Positions 19,070-31,435 are shown, counted from the stretch's first letter. The stretch is 64,000 nt of DNA from Desulfovibrio sp. (GCA_022839785.1 JALHJW010000010.1:23669-87668); one strand, 5' to 3'. Notes: generated by a model from the letters alone, not told the origin. Translations and numbers: made by a program.

Positions 19070-19572
19070 GGCGAGAGGGTTTCGACGGCGTCCGAGGTTT
19101 TTGTGCTCGTCGAGCCGGGGCGGTAGGCGATCAGCCAGTAGGTCACGCCCAGAGCCAGGATGACGCCGCCGGTGGCCCAGATGTAATCGGAGCCGAGTTC
19201 CTTGAAGTCGAAGACGATGACCTTGCGCGCCGCGGCCATGAGGGCCGTGGCCAGCACCAGACGGATCTGGATGAAGTTGTTGCGCAGGTACATGACGATG
19301 TTCTCGAAGATCTCGATGGCGATGAGCACGGTGATGAACGCGCCGAAGGTGGCCAGGATGTCGTTGATGTTCAGCAGATAGAAGTCGTTGGCGCGCATGC
19401 GCTGCCAGAGCACCCAGACCACGTCGAAGACGCCCCAGAAGATGACGAAGGTCATGAGCACGGCCAGGAGCCGCAGGGACAGGCGGATCACCGCGTGGCA
19501 CCGCGCCACGAGGGGATCGTTGGACTGGGCCGTGGCGCAGGTGGCCTGCTCTATGCCGTGCGGATCGTTCAT
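19066..19572 (-). CDS. Phosphate-starvation-inducible PsiE family membrane protein
   Basis: TM segments with VLIAIEIF...VLATALMAAARKVIV; GGAG RBS. Confidence 0.85.
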   Translation of the reverse strand: MNDPHGIEQATCATAQSNDPLVARCHAVIRLSLRLLAVLMTFVIFWGVFDVVWVLWQRMRANDFYLLNINDILATFGAFITVLIAIEIFENIVMYLRNNFIQIRLVLATALMAAARKVIVFDFKELGSDYIWATGGVILALGVTYWLIAYRPGSTSTKTSDAVETLSP

Positions 19573-19790
19573 GGCGTCTCCCGGGGAATGGTGATCTGAT
19601 GCGTTACCCGTTAGCACGGTCCGGTCCCAGGAACAACGACCGCGCCATACCGGCGGCGTCTCTCTGCCAGCCGCCGCGCAGGCACACAAGAAGGGTTTTG
19701 ACGAGAGAGGGGGGAGGAGGCGGGAGGGGGACGGGAAACGTTCCCACAAGTCTCCCCTTCCCGCTTCTTTTCACTCTTCCCCCGTCCTCC

Positions 19791-21260
19791 TTAGGCCAGC
19801 CCGGCGGGCTCGGGCAGGGCGGGCGTGAGGGCCTCCAGGCCGTGGGCCGCGGCGAGCAGGGCGTCCTCCTTGAAGGACTGCCCGAAGATCTGCAGGCCCA
19901 CGGGCAGGCCGGAGTCCGCGCCCAGGCCCACGGGGAGGCTCATGCCGGGCAGGCCCGCGAGGTTCAGGGAGATGGTGAAGATGTCCATGAGGTACATCTT
20001 CAGCGGATCGTCCACCACGCCGCCGATGGGGAAGGCCGGGACCGGGCAGGTGGGGCCGCAGATCACGTCGCACGTGGCGTAGGCGTCCAGGAAGTCCTGG
20101 CGGATCAGGCGGCGCACCTGGGCGGCCTTCTTGTAGTAGGCGTCGTAGTAGCCAGAGGAGAGCACGTAGGTGCCGATGATGATGCGGCGCTGCACCTCGT
20201 CGCCGAAGCCCTCGGTGCGCGAGCGCTTGTACATGTCCAGCAGTTCGGCGGCCTGGCGGTTGCGGTGGCCGTAGCGCACGCCGTCGAAACGGGCGAGGTT
20301 GGAAGAGGCCTCGGCCATGGCCACGATGTAGTAGGTGGCGATGGCGTACCGGGTGTGCGGCAGGGAGACATCCACCACGGTGGCCCCGGCGTCCACGGCG
20401 GCGTCGATGGCCGTGCGGCAGGCGCGCAGGATTTCGGGCTCCACGCCCTCGCCCCAGTATTCGCGCGGCAGGCCGATGCGCAGGCCCTTGAGGCCGGAAA
20501 GGCCCTTGAGGGCGGCCATGTAGTCGGGCGCGGGAGCGTCCACGGAGGTCGAGTCGCGCGGGTCGTGCCCGGCGATGACCGAGAGCACCTGGGCGGCGTC
20601 GGCGACGGTGCGGGCCAGGGGGCCGATCTGGTCCAGGGAGGAGCCGTAGGCCACCATGCCGAAGCGCGAGACGCGGCCGTAGGAGGGCTTGAGGCCCACG
20701 CAGCCGCAGAAGGCTGCGGGCAGACGGATGGAGCCGCCGGTGTCCGTGCCCAGGGTGGCGAAGCACTGGCACGCGGCCACGGCCGCGCCCGAGCCGCCCG
20801 AGGAGCCGCCGGGCACGCGCGAGAGGTCCCAGGGGTTTTTCGTGACCTTGTAGGCCGAGTTCTCGGTGGAGGAGCCCATGGCGAACTCGTCCATGTTGGC
20901 CTTGGCGAGGATGATCGCGCCCGCGTCCTTGAGTCTGGCCACGGCCGTGGCGTCGAAGGGCGGGACGAAGTTCTCCAGTATCCTGGAGCCGCAGGTGGTG
21001 GGCGCGCCCTTGGCGCAGAGCACGTCCTTGACGATCACGGGCACGCCCCACAGCGGCTTGTCCGGCGCGGGACCGGCCGCGTCCAGTTCGCGGGCGCGGG
21101 CCAGGGCGGCCTCGGCCTGCACGGAGAGGAGGGCGTCGATCCTGGGCTCCGTGGCGGCCACGCGGCCCAGGCAAGCCTGCACCGCGGCCTCGGCCGTGAC
21201 CGCGCCGGTGGCCAGGGCGTCGCGCATGTCGATGAGGGTCTTGGTGGTCAGGTCGCTCAT
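19791..21260 (-). CDS. gatA: Asp/Glu-tRNA amidotransferase subunit A
   Basis: [51 protein letters not shown]. Confidence 0.97.
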   Translation of the reverse strand: MSDLTTKTLIDMRDALATGAVTAEAAVQACLGRVAATEPRIDALLSVQAEAALARARELDAAGPAPDKPLWGVPVIVKDVLCAKGAPTTCGSRILENFVPPFDATAVARLKDAGAIILAKANMDEFAMGSSTENSAYKVTKNPWDLSRVPGGSSGGSGAAVAACQCFATLGTDTGGSIRLPAAFCGCVGLKPSYGRVSRFGMVAYGSSLDQIGPLARTVADAAQVLSVIAGHDPRDSTSVDAPAPDYMAALKGLSGLKGLRIGLPREYWGEGVEPEILRACRTAIDAAVDAGATVVDVSLPHTRYAIATYYIVAMAEASSNLARFDGVRYGHRNRQAAELLDMYKRSRTEGFGDEVQRRIIIGTYVLSSGYYDAYYKKAAQVRRLIRQDFLDAYATCDVICGPTCPVPAFPIGGVVDDPLKMYLMDIFTISLNLAGLPGMSLPVGLGADSGLPVGLQIFGQSFKEDALLAAAHGLEALTPALPEPAGLA

Positions 21261-21390
21261 TGTGTACGTCTCATCTTGCCTTGAGTTTGCAATCCGCGGA
21301 CATTCAGGGGAGCCCAAAGCGTTTTCGCTGGACAGGGCCTGCCGCGCGTTCGGTGCGCAACGCCGCATGGCGGAAAACGGCCGCGGCTCC

Positions 21391-21675
21391 CTAGACGATT
21401 TTCGGGACGATGAAGAACTGCCCGTCGGTCTCCGGCGCGTTGGCCAGGACCTCGTCGCGGCTGTACTCGCGCCGCGCCTCGTCGGGCCTGGTCAGGGCGG
21501 CGTGCTCCACCGGGGAGTACAGGGGCTCCACGGCCGAGGTGTCCACCTGGCCCAGGGTGTCCATGTAGGCCAGGACCTGGTCGAGTTGGGGCGCGAAGAG
21601 CGCGGCCTTTTCGGGAGTCAGTTCGAGGCGGGCCAGATGCGCGATCCGGGCCACGTCGTCGGCGGTCATGGTCAT
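21391..21675 (-). CDS. gatC: Asp/Glu-tRNA amidotransferase subunit C
   Basis: [11 protein letters not shown]...VDTSAVEP...LANAP...FFIVPKIV. Confidence 0.95.
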   Translation of the reverse strand: MTMTADDVARIAHLARLELTPEKAALFAPQLDQVLAYMDTLGQVDTSAVEPLYSPVEHAALTRPDEARREYSRDEVLANAPETDGQFFIVPKIV

Positions 21676-21686
21676 GCTCGTCTCCT

Positions 21687-23705
21687 TCAGTGCTTCTGCT
21701 CGGCGGCCTTGCGGCGGTCGGCCTCGATTTTTTCGCGCAGGGCCTTGACGCGCTCCGTGTGCTTGCCGCGCACGAATTCGAGGCGTTCGGCCAGGGCCGC
21801 GGGATCGGCCGGGACGAGCCCGCCGTCGCCGGGGGTGAAGAGGAAGAGGGACTGGCTGGCCCGGCCGCCCGCATCCCAGAGGATGGGCGCGAGGCTCCAG
21901 TCCATTCCGGCGGCGGCCGCGAGGCGGCTGTTCACGGCAGCGCTTCCGGACGCGTCCTTGAGGTCGCCCAGGCGCGCGGCGAAGCGCACGAAATCGTAGC
22001 CGAGCGCGGTCCAGAAGTCGGCCGGGGGCAGGGCCATGCCCTCCAGGGCCTGGCGCAGGGACCGCGCGCCGGGGCTGTCGCCGTCCGGACGCCAGGGGCC
22101 GGGCATGACTGACAGGCGGAAGTTGCGCGTGTCCGCGTCGCGCTGGCCGGAGAGGGCCTGGCTCCAGAGTTCCGGCCCCAGGAACAGGAGCTGGTCCTGC
22201 TCGTAGAAGTGGAACTGCGGCACGATGATCTGGGCCTGGGCCCAGCCGTCGGGCACGAAGACCGCCTCGAAGGGCGGCTCGGGCGGGGGCGGCCGGTCCT
22301 GGGCATGCGGGTCCTTGCCCGGCGCGCGCAGGAATTCGGCCACGGTGCGGCCCCAGTGCTGCGGGTCGGCGGGGTTGTAGCCGGTGCTGCCGCGGATGGC
22401 CCCTCCGGCGGCCGCGACCTCCTCCTGGAAGAGCTGCGCGGCGCGCATGCCGAAACGGTCCTGGGGATGGACCACGGCGAAGCGGGTGATGCGCAGATCC
22501 TTGGAGGCGACGCGCACCAGGGCGCGGATCTGGTCTTCGAGGCTGCCGAAGAAGCGCCAGGCGTCGCGGCCTTCCTCCACCTCGCCCAGGGAGGGCAGGA
22601 AGGCGAAGACGCGGCGCTCCGAGGCGGCCGGGGAGGCGGCCAGGTCGCGGAAGCGCTCGATTTCGAGCGGCCCGCCCACCACGGCCGCGCCCTTGGGCAG
22701 GGCGGCGAGCGAGGCGAGCCAGTCCGGGGCCTCGGTGTTGACGACCGTGACCGTGACCGGCGCGCCGTGCTGCGAAAGCTGCCACTGCGCCACGCCCGCG
22801 CCGCGCATGACCGCCCCGCCCACGGCGGCGAAGCGGCCGGAGAGGGGCAGGAGCAGGGCCAGGTCGACGCTCGGGATGCCGCGCTCCTTCTCGAAGCGGG
22901 TCAGGGTCTCGCGCCAGGGCTCGGGCCGGGCGAAGGGAAAGCGGGCGAGTTCGGCGCGCATGGTCTGCCAAACGCCGGGCCAGGGGGCCTCGTTCCCCTC
23001 GGCCAGACGGGCGGCTTCGAGGAAGCGGGCCGCGGGCCAGGGGAAGGCGTTCTCCTGCCCCTTGGGGGCGGTGGCGGCCAGGGCGTGCACCTGCGCGGCG
23101 GGGAGCGGGGCGAGATGCCTGCGCGTCAGCTCCTCCAGCCGGGCCTTGTCCTCGGGCGTCGCGGCCTGGGCGTAGGCCGTGGCCAGAAAGCGCATGGCGT
23201 CGCCGTCCGGGCCGCGCTCCAGGGCGGCGGCGGCCATGTTCTCCGCGGTCTCCAGGCGCTGTTCCCGGGGCACGCTCGTGTCCTTGGCCAGGCTGTCCAG
23301 GGCCTTCTTCGCGGCCTTCTCGTCGCCCGCAAGGCCCAGGGCCTCGGCGCGCGCGGCCTTCCACGCGGGCTTCTGGCGCGCCGTGGGGTCGATCTTGGCC
23401 CAGGCGTCCAGGGCGTCCAGCGCGCCGCGTCCATGTCCCGCGCGCACGGCCGAAAGGGCGTAGCGTTCGTGCCACAGGAGGCGTTCTGCGGGCGCGGACT
23501 GGCCGCGTTGCAGCAGTTGGCCGTAGTAGAGTTCGCTCTTGGTCCAGTCCTGCCGTTCCCAGGCCTGGGCCGCCGCCTCGTCGAGGGACTGACCCGGGGC
23601 CGCGGCTGGCCTCGCCCCGGGGGGCGGACCGGCCGATTTCTGGCAGGCTGCGAGGGAAAGGGCGAAGAGGGCCAGGACGAGGATGAGGGTGCGTCGTGCA
23701 AACAT
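21687..23705 (-). CDS. Penicillin-binding protein activator LpoA-like lipoprotein
   Basis: Lipobox LAA-C, TPR-like N-half, LALLLPLSG...VVGGPL type-1 periplasmic-binding fold, ALGYD. Confidence 0.75.
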   Translation of the reverse strand: MFARRTLILVLALFALSLAACQKSAGPPPGARPAAAPGQSLDEAAAQAWERQDWTKSELYYGQLLQRGQSAPAERLLWHERYALSAVRAGHGRGALDALDAWAKIDPTARQKPAWKAARAEALGLAGDEKAAKKALDSLAKDTSVPREQRLETAENMAAAALERGPDGDAMRFLATAYAQAATPEDKARLEELTRRHLAPLPAAQVHALAATAPKGQENAFPWPAARFLEAARLAEGNEAPWPGVWQTMRAELARFPFARPEPWRETLTRFEKERGIPSVDLALLLPLSGRFAAVGGAVMRGAGVAQWQLSQHGAPVTVTVVNTEAPDWLASLAALPKGAAVVGGPLEIERFRDLAASPAASERRVFAFLPSLGEVEEGRDAWRFFGSLEDQIRALVRVASKDLRITRFAVVHPQDRFGMRAAQLFQEEVAAAGGAIRGSTGYNPADPQHWGRTVAEFLRAPGKDPHAQDRPPPPEPPFEAVFVPDGWAQAQIIVPQFHFYEQDQLLFLGPELWSQALSGQRDADTRNFRLSVMPGPWRPDGDSPGARSLRQALEGMALPPADFWTALGYDFVRFAARLGDLKDASGSAAVNSRLAAAAGMDWSLAPILWDAGGRASQSLFLFTPGDGGLVPADPAALAERLEFVRGKHTERVKALREKIEADRRKAAEQKH

Positions 23706-23742
23706 AACTTGCCATCCTACCGCGAAGCCGCGCGAAATGAAA

Positions 23743-23770
23743 GGCCCGGCCCCCGCGGGGGGGCCGGGCC
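23743..23770 (-). terminator. Intrinsic terminator after dnaK
   Basis: ggcccggccccc/gggggccgggcc stem followed on the minus strand by TTTCATTT. Confidence 0.75.
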
Positions 23771-23809
23771 GGACGGGCTGCGCACGCGCGGATCGAAGCC
23801 GCGCGGGAG

Positions 23810-25723
<1,914 letters not shown>

Positions 25724-25829
25724 TATTGTCCTCCAGCAGACGAAGTGTCGCGTGATGTGAACGGGGATGTCGAATCAAGCACGAGGTATAAGCATACGGT
25801 TCGTGGAGTAAAGGGCGGGACCGGAAAAT

Positions 25830-26339
25830 TTATGCGTTTTTTCCGATCATGACCTTGGCCGGGCGGATGACCCGGCCGTTGAGGACGAAGCCCTTCTGCA
25901 GGATGGCCGCGACCTTGCCCGGCTCGCCGTCCTCGGCGATGCCCACGGCCTCGGCCCAGGCCGGGTCGAAGTCGTCGCCCGCCTTGCCCACGGCCTCCAG
26001 GCCGTGGCGGGACAGGGCGTCGAGGAAGATCTTCAGCGTCATCTCCACGCCCATGACCAGGTCCTTGCAAGCCTCGTTGCCCCGGCCGTGGGTCAGGGCC
26101 AGATCCAGGGTGTCGAGCACGGGCATGAGGTCGGCCAGCACGTTCTCGGTGGCGAACTTGCGGAACTCGTCCTTTTCCCGCTCCAGACGGCGCTTGGCGT
26201 TCTCCAGTTCGGCCAGGGCGCGCAGCCGTTCGTCCTCGGCGCGGCGCAGGGCCTCCTTCAGCTGGGCGGTCTCGTCGGCCGGGGCGGCGGATGCCTCGGC
26301 GGTCTCGGGGATCTGGGATTCCGTTTCCTTGTCGGACAT
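25830..26339 (-). CDS. grpE: Nucleotide exchange factor GrpE
   Basis: LRALAELENAKRR, FDPAWAEA, QKGFVLNGRVIRPAKV; GAGGAGG RBS before ATG 26339. Confidence 0.95.
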   Translation of the reverse strand: MSDKETESQIPETAEASAAPADETAQLKEALRRAEDERLRALAELENAKRRLEREKDEFRKFATENVLADLMPVLDTLDLALTHGRGNEACKDLVMGVEMTLKIFLDALSRHGLEAVGKAGDDFDPAWAEAVGIAEDGEPGKVAAILQKGFVLNGRVIRPAKVMIGKNA

Positions 26340-26399
26340 GGCGAGAGGAACCTCCTCGTGTTTTTCGGAAGCTGCGCGGGCGGACATGGGCCGCCCGGA

Positions 26400-27437
26400 T
26401 CAGAATCTCTTGCGCAAAATGTCGCTGATGGCCGCGGCCGTGCATGAGATGGCGGGCATCAGCCCGGCGTAATTCATGCGCATGGGGCCGAGCAGGCCGA
26501 TGACGCCGAAGGGCGTGCCTTCCGCGCCGTAGGGCCGGGCGATGACCGAGAGCCCCGGCACGGCCGGGTCTGTCGCGTCCTGTCCCAGGGAGACGAGCAC
26601 GCCGCCCGAGGCCACGACCCGGTCGAGGATGTCCAGGAGCTGCGTGCGCTCCTCCAGCATCAGCAGGATGCGGCGGATGCTCTCCCGGCCCGCGAACTCC
26701 GGCTGGGAGAGGATGTTCAGCGCGCCCTCCACGAACAGCTCGCGGCCGTCGCCGGTCTCCACGGTCTCACGCGCCAGACGCAGGGCCTGGCTGAAGAATT
26801 CGGACAGGGCGGAGCGGGCGCTCTCGGTTTCGGCCAGGATGTGTGCGCGCACCTGGGCCACGGTCCTGTCCGCGAAAAGGTCGTTGAGGTAGTTGGCGTA
26901 GCGCGTCAGGTCGTCGGGCGTGACCGGATCGTCCAGCTCCACGAGCTTCTTCTGGATCAGGCCGCCCTGCAGCACGAGCACGACCATGACCAGATCGGGC
27001 TTGATCAGGGCGAACTCGATGCGCTTCCAGCGCACGTCGCTCTGCACCGGGGTCATGACCATGCAGACCTGGTGGGAGATGGCCGAGAGCAGACGGCAGG
27101 CCTGGCGGAGCAGGTCCGAGAGGTCGCCGCGCGCCTCGCCCAGGGAGGAGAGGATGAGGCTGCGTTCGGCCTCGGGCAGGGTGGAGGGCCAGTGGCCGCG
27201 GTCGAGATAGAAGTCGAAGGCCCTGGCCGTGGGCACGCGCCCGGCCGAGGTGTGCGGCTGCTCCAAAAAGCCCTTGTCCGTGAGGTCGGCCATGACGTTG
27301 CGGATGGACGCAGGCGAGAGCCCGAGACCCGAACGGCGCGAGACGGTGCGCGAGCCCGCGGGCTCGGCCGTCTCGATGTACAGCTCGATGATCGAGGTCA
27401 GGATGTGGATCTCGCGTTCGTTCAGGACCGGAGGCAT
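26400..27437 (-). CDS. hrcA: Heat-inducible transcription repressor HrcA
   Basis: IIELYIETAEPAGS, SPASIRNVMADL, QPHTSAGRVPT, GLLGPMRMNY. Confidence 0.96.
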   Translation of the reverse strand: MPPVLNEREIHILTSIIELYIETAEPAGSRTVSRRSGLGLSPASIRNVMADLTDKGFLEQPHTSAGRVPTARAFDFYLDRGHWPSTLPEAERSLILSSLGEARGDLSDLLRQACRLLSAISHQVCMVMTPVQSDVRWKRIEFALIKPDLVMVVLVLQGGLIQKKLVELDDPVTPDDLTRYANYLNDLFADRTVAQVRAHILAETESARSALSEFFSQALRLARETVETGDGRELFVEGALNILSQPEFAGRESIRRILLMLEERTQLLDILDRVVASGGVLVSLGQDATDPAVPGLSVIARPYGAEGTPFGVIGLLGPMRMNYAGLMPAISCTAAAISDILRKRF

Positions 27438-27492
27438 CCGGCGTCTCCTCGTGACCGTTGTCCGCGCGCCGTGGCCGAGCGGGCGGCGGGTG

Positions 27493-27551
27493 TCGGCGAC
27501 CTCCCGCCGGGAGTGCTCAATGCGGGTAACAACGGCCCCCCCACCTGTCAA
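27493..27551 (-). promoter_or_regulatory. Putative sigma70 promoter (TTGACA 27551-27546) and degenerate CIRCE element upstream of hrcA
   Basis: TTGACA-N17-TACCCG, then TGAGCACTC (8/9 CIRCE half-site); second arm matches only 4/9. Confidence 0.45.
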
Positions 27552-27622
27552 GGGAAGGGGCCGCGCAAAAAAGCCGCCGCGCCGTCTTGCGCGGGCGGCC
27601 CGGTTCGTGGATATCTCGAAAC

Positions 27623-29425
27623 ATGAATCTGCACGCTCTGGACACCGTCGGCCTGGCCCTCGTCCTCGGGGTCGCGGGCTACATGCTCGCCCGGCGTCTC
27701 TCCCTGCCGCCCATCCTCTTCTATCTCGCCGCCGGAATGGCGGCCGGGCCGCTCGGCCTGGACATCGTGGACGCCCACGGCCTGGGCGGCGGCCTCCTGG
27801 TCCTGGTGGAGTTCGCCGTGGCCATCATCCTTTTCGAGGGCGGGCTGCTGCTCTCGACCCGCGGCTTCTGGAGCGCTCCGCGCGCCATCGGCCGCCTGCT
27901 CAGCCTGACCATCCTGCTCACGGCCGCGGGCGGCTGGCTGCTGGGCCTCACGCTGCTCGGCCTGCCGTCCGACGTGGCCCTGCTCTTCGGCGTCATCGTG
28001 GTGGTCACGGGACCCAGCGTGATCAAGCCCCTCCTCAAGAGCCTCAACCTGCCCGCCCGGCTGCGCGCCCTGTTGCACTGGGAATCGATCTGGGGCGACG
28101 TCATCGGCATGGTGCTTACGGCCATGGCGCTCAAGGCCGCGTCGGTTTCCACCCTCCACGAGGCGGGCGCGGTCGGGGCCGTCCTCCTGACGAGCATCCT
28201 CGCGGGCGCGGCCCTGGGCGCGGCCGTGGGGCTGCTGCTCTCGCGGATCGTGCTGCCCTTCGTCGAGTCCCTGCGCGACGAGGTGCTGCCCGGCGTGACC
28301 GCCTTCGCCGCGGCCATCGGGGCCTTCGTCCTGGCGGACAATCTCGTGGAGGCCTCGGGACCCATCACCGTGGCCGTCGCCGGATTCTTCCTCTCGCACC
28401 AGAAGCCGCGCACCCTGGCCGACATCCGCCATTTCAAGGACCAGCTTTCCGTGGTCTTCATCGGCAGTCTCTTCGTGCTGCTCTCGGCGACCGTGGACCC
28501 GGAGCCGCTGGCCGACATGTGGCCGGGCATGCTGCTCACGGCCGTGCTCCTGGGCGTGGTCGTCAGGCCTCTGGCGGTCTTCGCGGCGCTGTCGGGCAGC
28601 GAGGTTCCCCGGCGCGAGCGCGCCTACCTCGCCCTGGTCAGCCCGCGCGGCATCATCTCCCTGGCCGCCGCGGCCTATGCGGGAATGGTCATGACCGGGC
28701 GCGAGGCCGAAACCGGGATCATGCTCGACGCCATCTTCTTCGTGGTGCTCCTCTCCGGGGCCTCGGCCACGCTCCTGGGCAGGCCGCTGGCCCGCGCGCT
28801 CGGCGTGACCGCCCCGGCGGAGACCTCGGGGATCATCCTGGTCGGCCTCAACCCCTTCGCCCGCGCCCTGGGCAGGGCGCTCTCCCGCCATGTGCCCGTG
28901 GTCTTCTTCGACCCGCGCCTGGACCGCTGCCGTCTGGTGCGCGAGGAGGGGGGCAGCGTCTTCTGCACCGATCTGCTGGACGAGGACATCTACGAGGAGG
29001 CCTTCAGCGAAGGCTACGGCAGGCTGCTCTGCCTTTCCACCAACGACGTCCTGAACCGTCTGGTGGAGCCGGTGGCGGTGCGTCACCTCGGTCACGCGGG
29101 GGTCTGGCGGGCCGTGGCCGAGCCGCCGGAACGCCCGGCCGCCGGGCGCGAGGCGGAAGAGGCGGGGATATTTCCCCGGGGCGTGTACGCGGCCTGGGCC
29201 GCAGAGGGTCTCGCCGCGGGCGTGGTGCGCGTGGAGGAGTGCGAGTGGACGCCGGAGCGCGCCGACGCCACGCCCCTGTTCCGCGTGACGCACGGCGGCA
29301 AGGGCGTGGCCCCGCTGCACGACGCGGCCGGGGCGGCGGGGACGTGCATCTGTCTCGTCCGCCTCGCGGATGGGGATCAGTCGTCGCCGTCGCCCGGAGG
29401 CAGCCCAAGATCCTTGAAGATATAG
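27623..29425 (+). CDS. Cation:proton antiporter (CPA1/NhaP type) with C-terminal NAD-binding-like domain
   Basis: About 12 TM segments, VAIILFEGG, VVTGPSVI, ESIWGD, SPRGIIS; IILVG in the soluble tail. Confidence 0.85.
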   Translation: MNLHALDTVGLALVLGVAGYMLARRLSLPPILFYLAAGMAAGPLGLDIVDAHGLGGGLLVLVEFAVAIILFEGGLLLSTRGFWSAPRAIGRLLSLTILLTAAGGWLLGLTLLGLPSDVALLFGVIVVVTGPSVIKPLLKSLNLPARLRALLHWESIWGDVIGMVLTAMALKAASVSTLHEAGAVGAVLLTSILAGAALGAAVGLLLSRIVLPFVESLRDEVLPGVTAFAAAIGAFVLADNLVEASGPITVAVAGFFLSHQKPRTLADIRHFKDQLSVVFIGSLFVLLSATVDPEPLADMWPGMLLTAVLLGVVVRPLAVFAALSGSEVPRRERAYLALVSPRGIISLAAAAYAGMVMTGREAETGIMLDAIFFVVLLSGASATLLGRPLARALGVTAPAETSGIILVGLNPFARALGRALSRHVPVVFFDPRLDRCRLVREEGGSVFCTDLLDEDIYEEAFSEGYGRLLCLSTNDVLNRLVEPVAVRHLGHAGVWRAVAEPPERPAAGREAEEAGIFPRGVYAAWAAEGLAAGVVRVEECEWTPERADATPLFRVTHGGKGVAPLHDAAGAAGTCICLVRLADGDQSSPSPGGSPRSLKI

Positions 29426-30264
29426 TCGCGCAGGCCCTGTTCCCAGGGACGCGGGGTGACGCCCGTGGCCGCGACGAAGGCGTCCAGGTCGAGGACGGAA
29501 TAGCGCGGCCGCTTCGCCTTGGTCGGCCACTCGGCCGTGGTGATGGCCTCCACGCGGCAGGGCAGCCCGGCCAGGGAGACCGCCTCGGCCGCCAGTTCGC
29601 ACCAGGTGGCCTTGCCGCTGGAGGCGAGGTGGAAGAGCCCGCTCGCGCCCGATTCCAGGAGCCTCACGGCGTTCTCGGCCAGGTCCGGCGTGTAGGAGGG
29701 CGAGCCGGTCTGGTCCGCGACCACGGTCAGCCGGTCGCGGTCCCTGGCGAGGCCGAGGATGGTGGCCACGAAGTTGCCCTTGCCCGGCCCGAAGAGCCAG
29801 GAGGTGCGCACCACCAGCAGCCCCGGCGGCGCGCTCTCGAAGAGCGTCTGTTCGCCCGCCAGCTTGCTCTGGCCGTAGACCGACTCGGGGGCCGGGGCGT
29901 CGTCCGGGGTGTAGGGCGCGTCCTTCCTGCCGTCGAAAACGAAGTCCGTGGAGAAGTGGACCAGGGGCAGGGCCAGCTCGCGCATGGTCAGGCCGAGCAG
30001 GCGCGGCAGGTTGCGATTGAGGCGGAAGGCGTCGTCGCGCTCGTCCTCGGCCCGGTCCACCGCGGTGTAGGCCACGGCATTGAAGACCGCGTCGGCCTTC
30101 ACCTCGCGGCAGAAGTCGCGCAGGCGGCCCTGGTCGAAGGGGTCGAAGTCGGCCCGGCCCACGGGATGCGCGGTCCAGCCCGCCCTGCCGAGGGCCGCGG
30201 TCAGGGCCATGCCGAGCAGGCCGCTGCGCCCGCCCAGGACCACGGCGCGTTTGCCGGACGTCAC
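29377..30264 (-). CDS. rfbD: dTDP-4-dehydrorhamnose reductase
   Basis: LGGRSGLLG, AYTAVDRAE, HFSTDFVFDG, YGQSK, RTSWLF, DQTGSP, RPRYSVL; GTG start. Confidence 0.94.
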   Translation of the reverse strand: MTSGKRAVVLGGRSGLLGMALTAALGRAGWTAHPVGRADFDPFDQGRLRDFCREVKADAVFNAVAYTAVDRAEDERDDAFRLNRNLPRLLGLTMRELALPLVHFSTDFVFDGRKDAPYTPDDAPAPESVYGQSKLAGEQTLFESAPPGLLVVRTSWLFGPGKGNFVATILGLARDRDRLTVVADQTGSPSYTPDLAENAVRLLESGASGLFHLASSGKATWCELAAEAVSLAGLPCRVEAITTAEWPTKAKRPRYSVLDLDAFVAATGVTPRPWEQGLRDYIFKDLGLPPGDGDD

Positions 30265-31283
30265 GCGCGCTCCTCGTACCACGTGTCCATGAACTCGCGG
30301 TACGCGCCGCTCTGCACGGCCTGCAGCCAGTCCGCGTTCTCGCGGTACCAGGCCACGGTCTGCGAGAGCCCGTCGGCGAAGGCGATCTGCGGCGCGAAGC
30401 CCAGGCGCTTCCCGGCGTATTCGAAGCCCATGGCGTAGCGGCGGTCGTGTCCCGGCCGGTCGGCCACGAAGCGGATCAGACTTTCGGGCTTGCCCAGGAT
30501 GGCCAGCAGGGTGCGCACGACCTCCAGGTTGGCCTTCTCGTTGTCGCTGCCGAAGTTGTAGATGTCGCCCGGCTCGCCCTTCATGAGCGCCAGCTCCACG
30601 CCCCGGCAGTGATCCAGCACGTGTATCCAATCGCGCACCTGCAGGCCGTCGCCGTAGACCGGCAGGGGCTCGTTCGCCTGGGCCTTCAGGATCATCAGCG
30701 GGATGAGCTTTTCCGGAAACTGGTAGGGGCCGTAGTTGTTGGAGCAGCGGGTGACGACCACGGGCAGGCCGTAGGTCTTGAAGTAGGCGCGGCAGAGCAG
30801 GTCGGCCGAGGCCTTGGAGGCGGAGTAGGGCGAATTGGGCGCGAGGGGGGTCTTCTCGGTGAACTTGCCTTCTGGGCCGAGCGCGCCGTAGACCTCGTCC
30901 GTGGAGACGTGGACGAAGCGCGGCAGCCCCGTGCGGCGGGCCGCCTCCAGCAGGACCTGGGTCCCCATGACGTTGGTCGTGAGAAAGGGGGCGGGATCGG
31001 CGATGGAGCGGTCCACGTGCGTCTCGGCCGCGAAGTTGACCACGGCGTCCACGCCCTGGTCGCGCAGCAGCGACTCCACCAGCGGCGCGTCCGCGATGTC
31101 GCCCTTGACGAAGTGGTAGCGGGAGCCGCCGAAGCGCTCCTCGATGTCGGAAAGGCTGAGCGGATTGCCCGCGTAGGTCAGCTTGTCGAGATTGACCACG
31201 GCGACGTCGTCGCGCGAGGTGAGCATGTGGCGGATGAAGTTGGCGCCGATGAAGCCGCATCCGCCGGTGACGAGCAGCCGCAT
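30261..31283 (-). CDS. rfbB: dTDP-glucose 4,6-dehydratase
   Basis: VTGGCGFIG, DKLTYAG, FAAETHVDRSI, STDEVYG, YSASK, NNYGPYQFPEK, DRPGHDRRY. Confidence 0.96.
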   Translation of the reverse strand: MRLLVTGGCGFIGANFIRHMLTSRDDVAVVNLDKLTYAGNPLSLSDIEERFGGSRYHFVKGDIADAPLVESLLRDQGVDAVVNFAAETHVDRSIADPAPFLTTNVMGTQVLLEAARRTGLPRFVHVSTDEVYGALGPEGKFTEKTPLAPNSPYSASKASADLLCRAYFKTYGLPVVVTRCSNNYGPYQFPEKLIPLMILKAQANEPLPVYGDGLQVRDWIHVLDHCRGVELALMKGEPGDIYNFGSDNEKANLEVVRTLLAILGKPESLIRFVADRPGHDRRYAMGFEYAGKRLGFAPQIAFADGLSQTVAWYRENADWLQAVQSGAYREFMDTWYEERA

Positions 31284-31395
31284 GGGGTCCCCCTTGACTG
31301 GTGACTCGGGCCGCGCCCGGTCCGCGAAGATGTATAGAAAAGGGGCGGGCATGGCAAACCCCGGAGAGGGGATGGAAAAAAGCCGCAAAAAGGTC

Positions 31396-31424
31396 TTGCC
31401 TGACACCGGGGTTTTGGATAGAAG
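31396..31424 (+). promoter_or_regulatory. sigma70 promoter of tRNA-Val
   Basis: TTGCCT-N17-TAGAAG ending 11 nt before the tRNA 5' end. Confidence 0.6.
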
Positions 31425-31435
31425 TGCGGTCCTTC

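Noticed and set aside
19573-19700. Possible riboswitch upstream of the PsiE-family gene
   Set aside because: No recognisable aptamer consensus (fluoride, TPP, SAM, c-di-GMP checked by eye)
25724-25829. Internal heat-shock (sigma32/CIRCE) promoter before dnaK
   Set aside because: Only a weak TTTACT-N16-TATACC match; no CIRCE or sigma32 consensus could be supported
29377-29425. 49-nt convergent overlap of the antiporter and rfbD 3' ends as a regulatory system
   Set aside because: Short tail-to-tail overlaps are common in GC-rich genomes; nothing else supports a function
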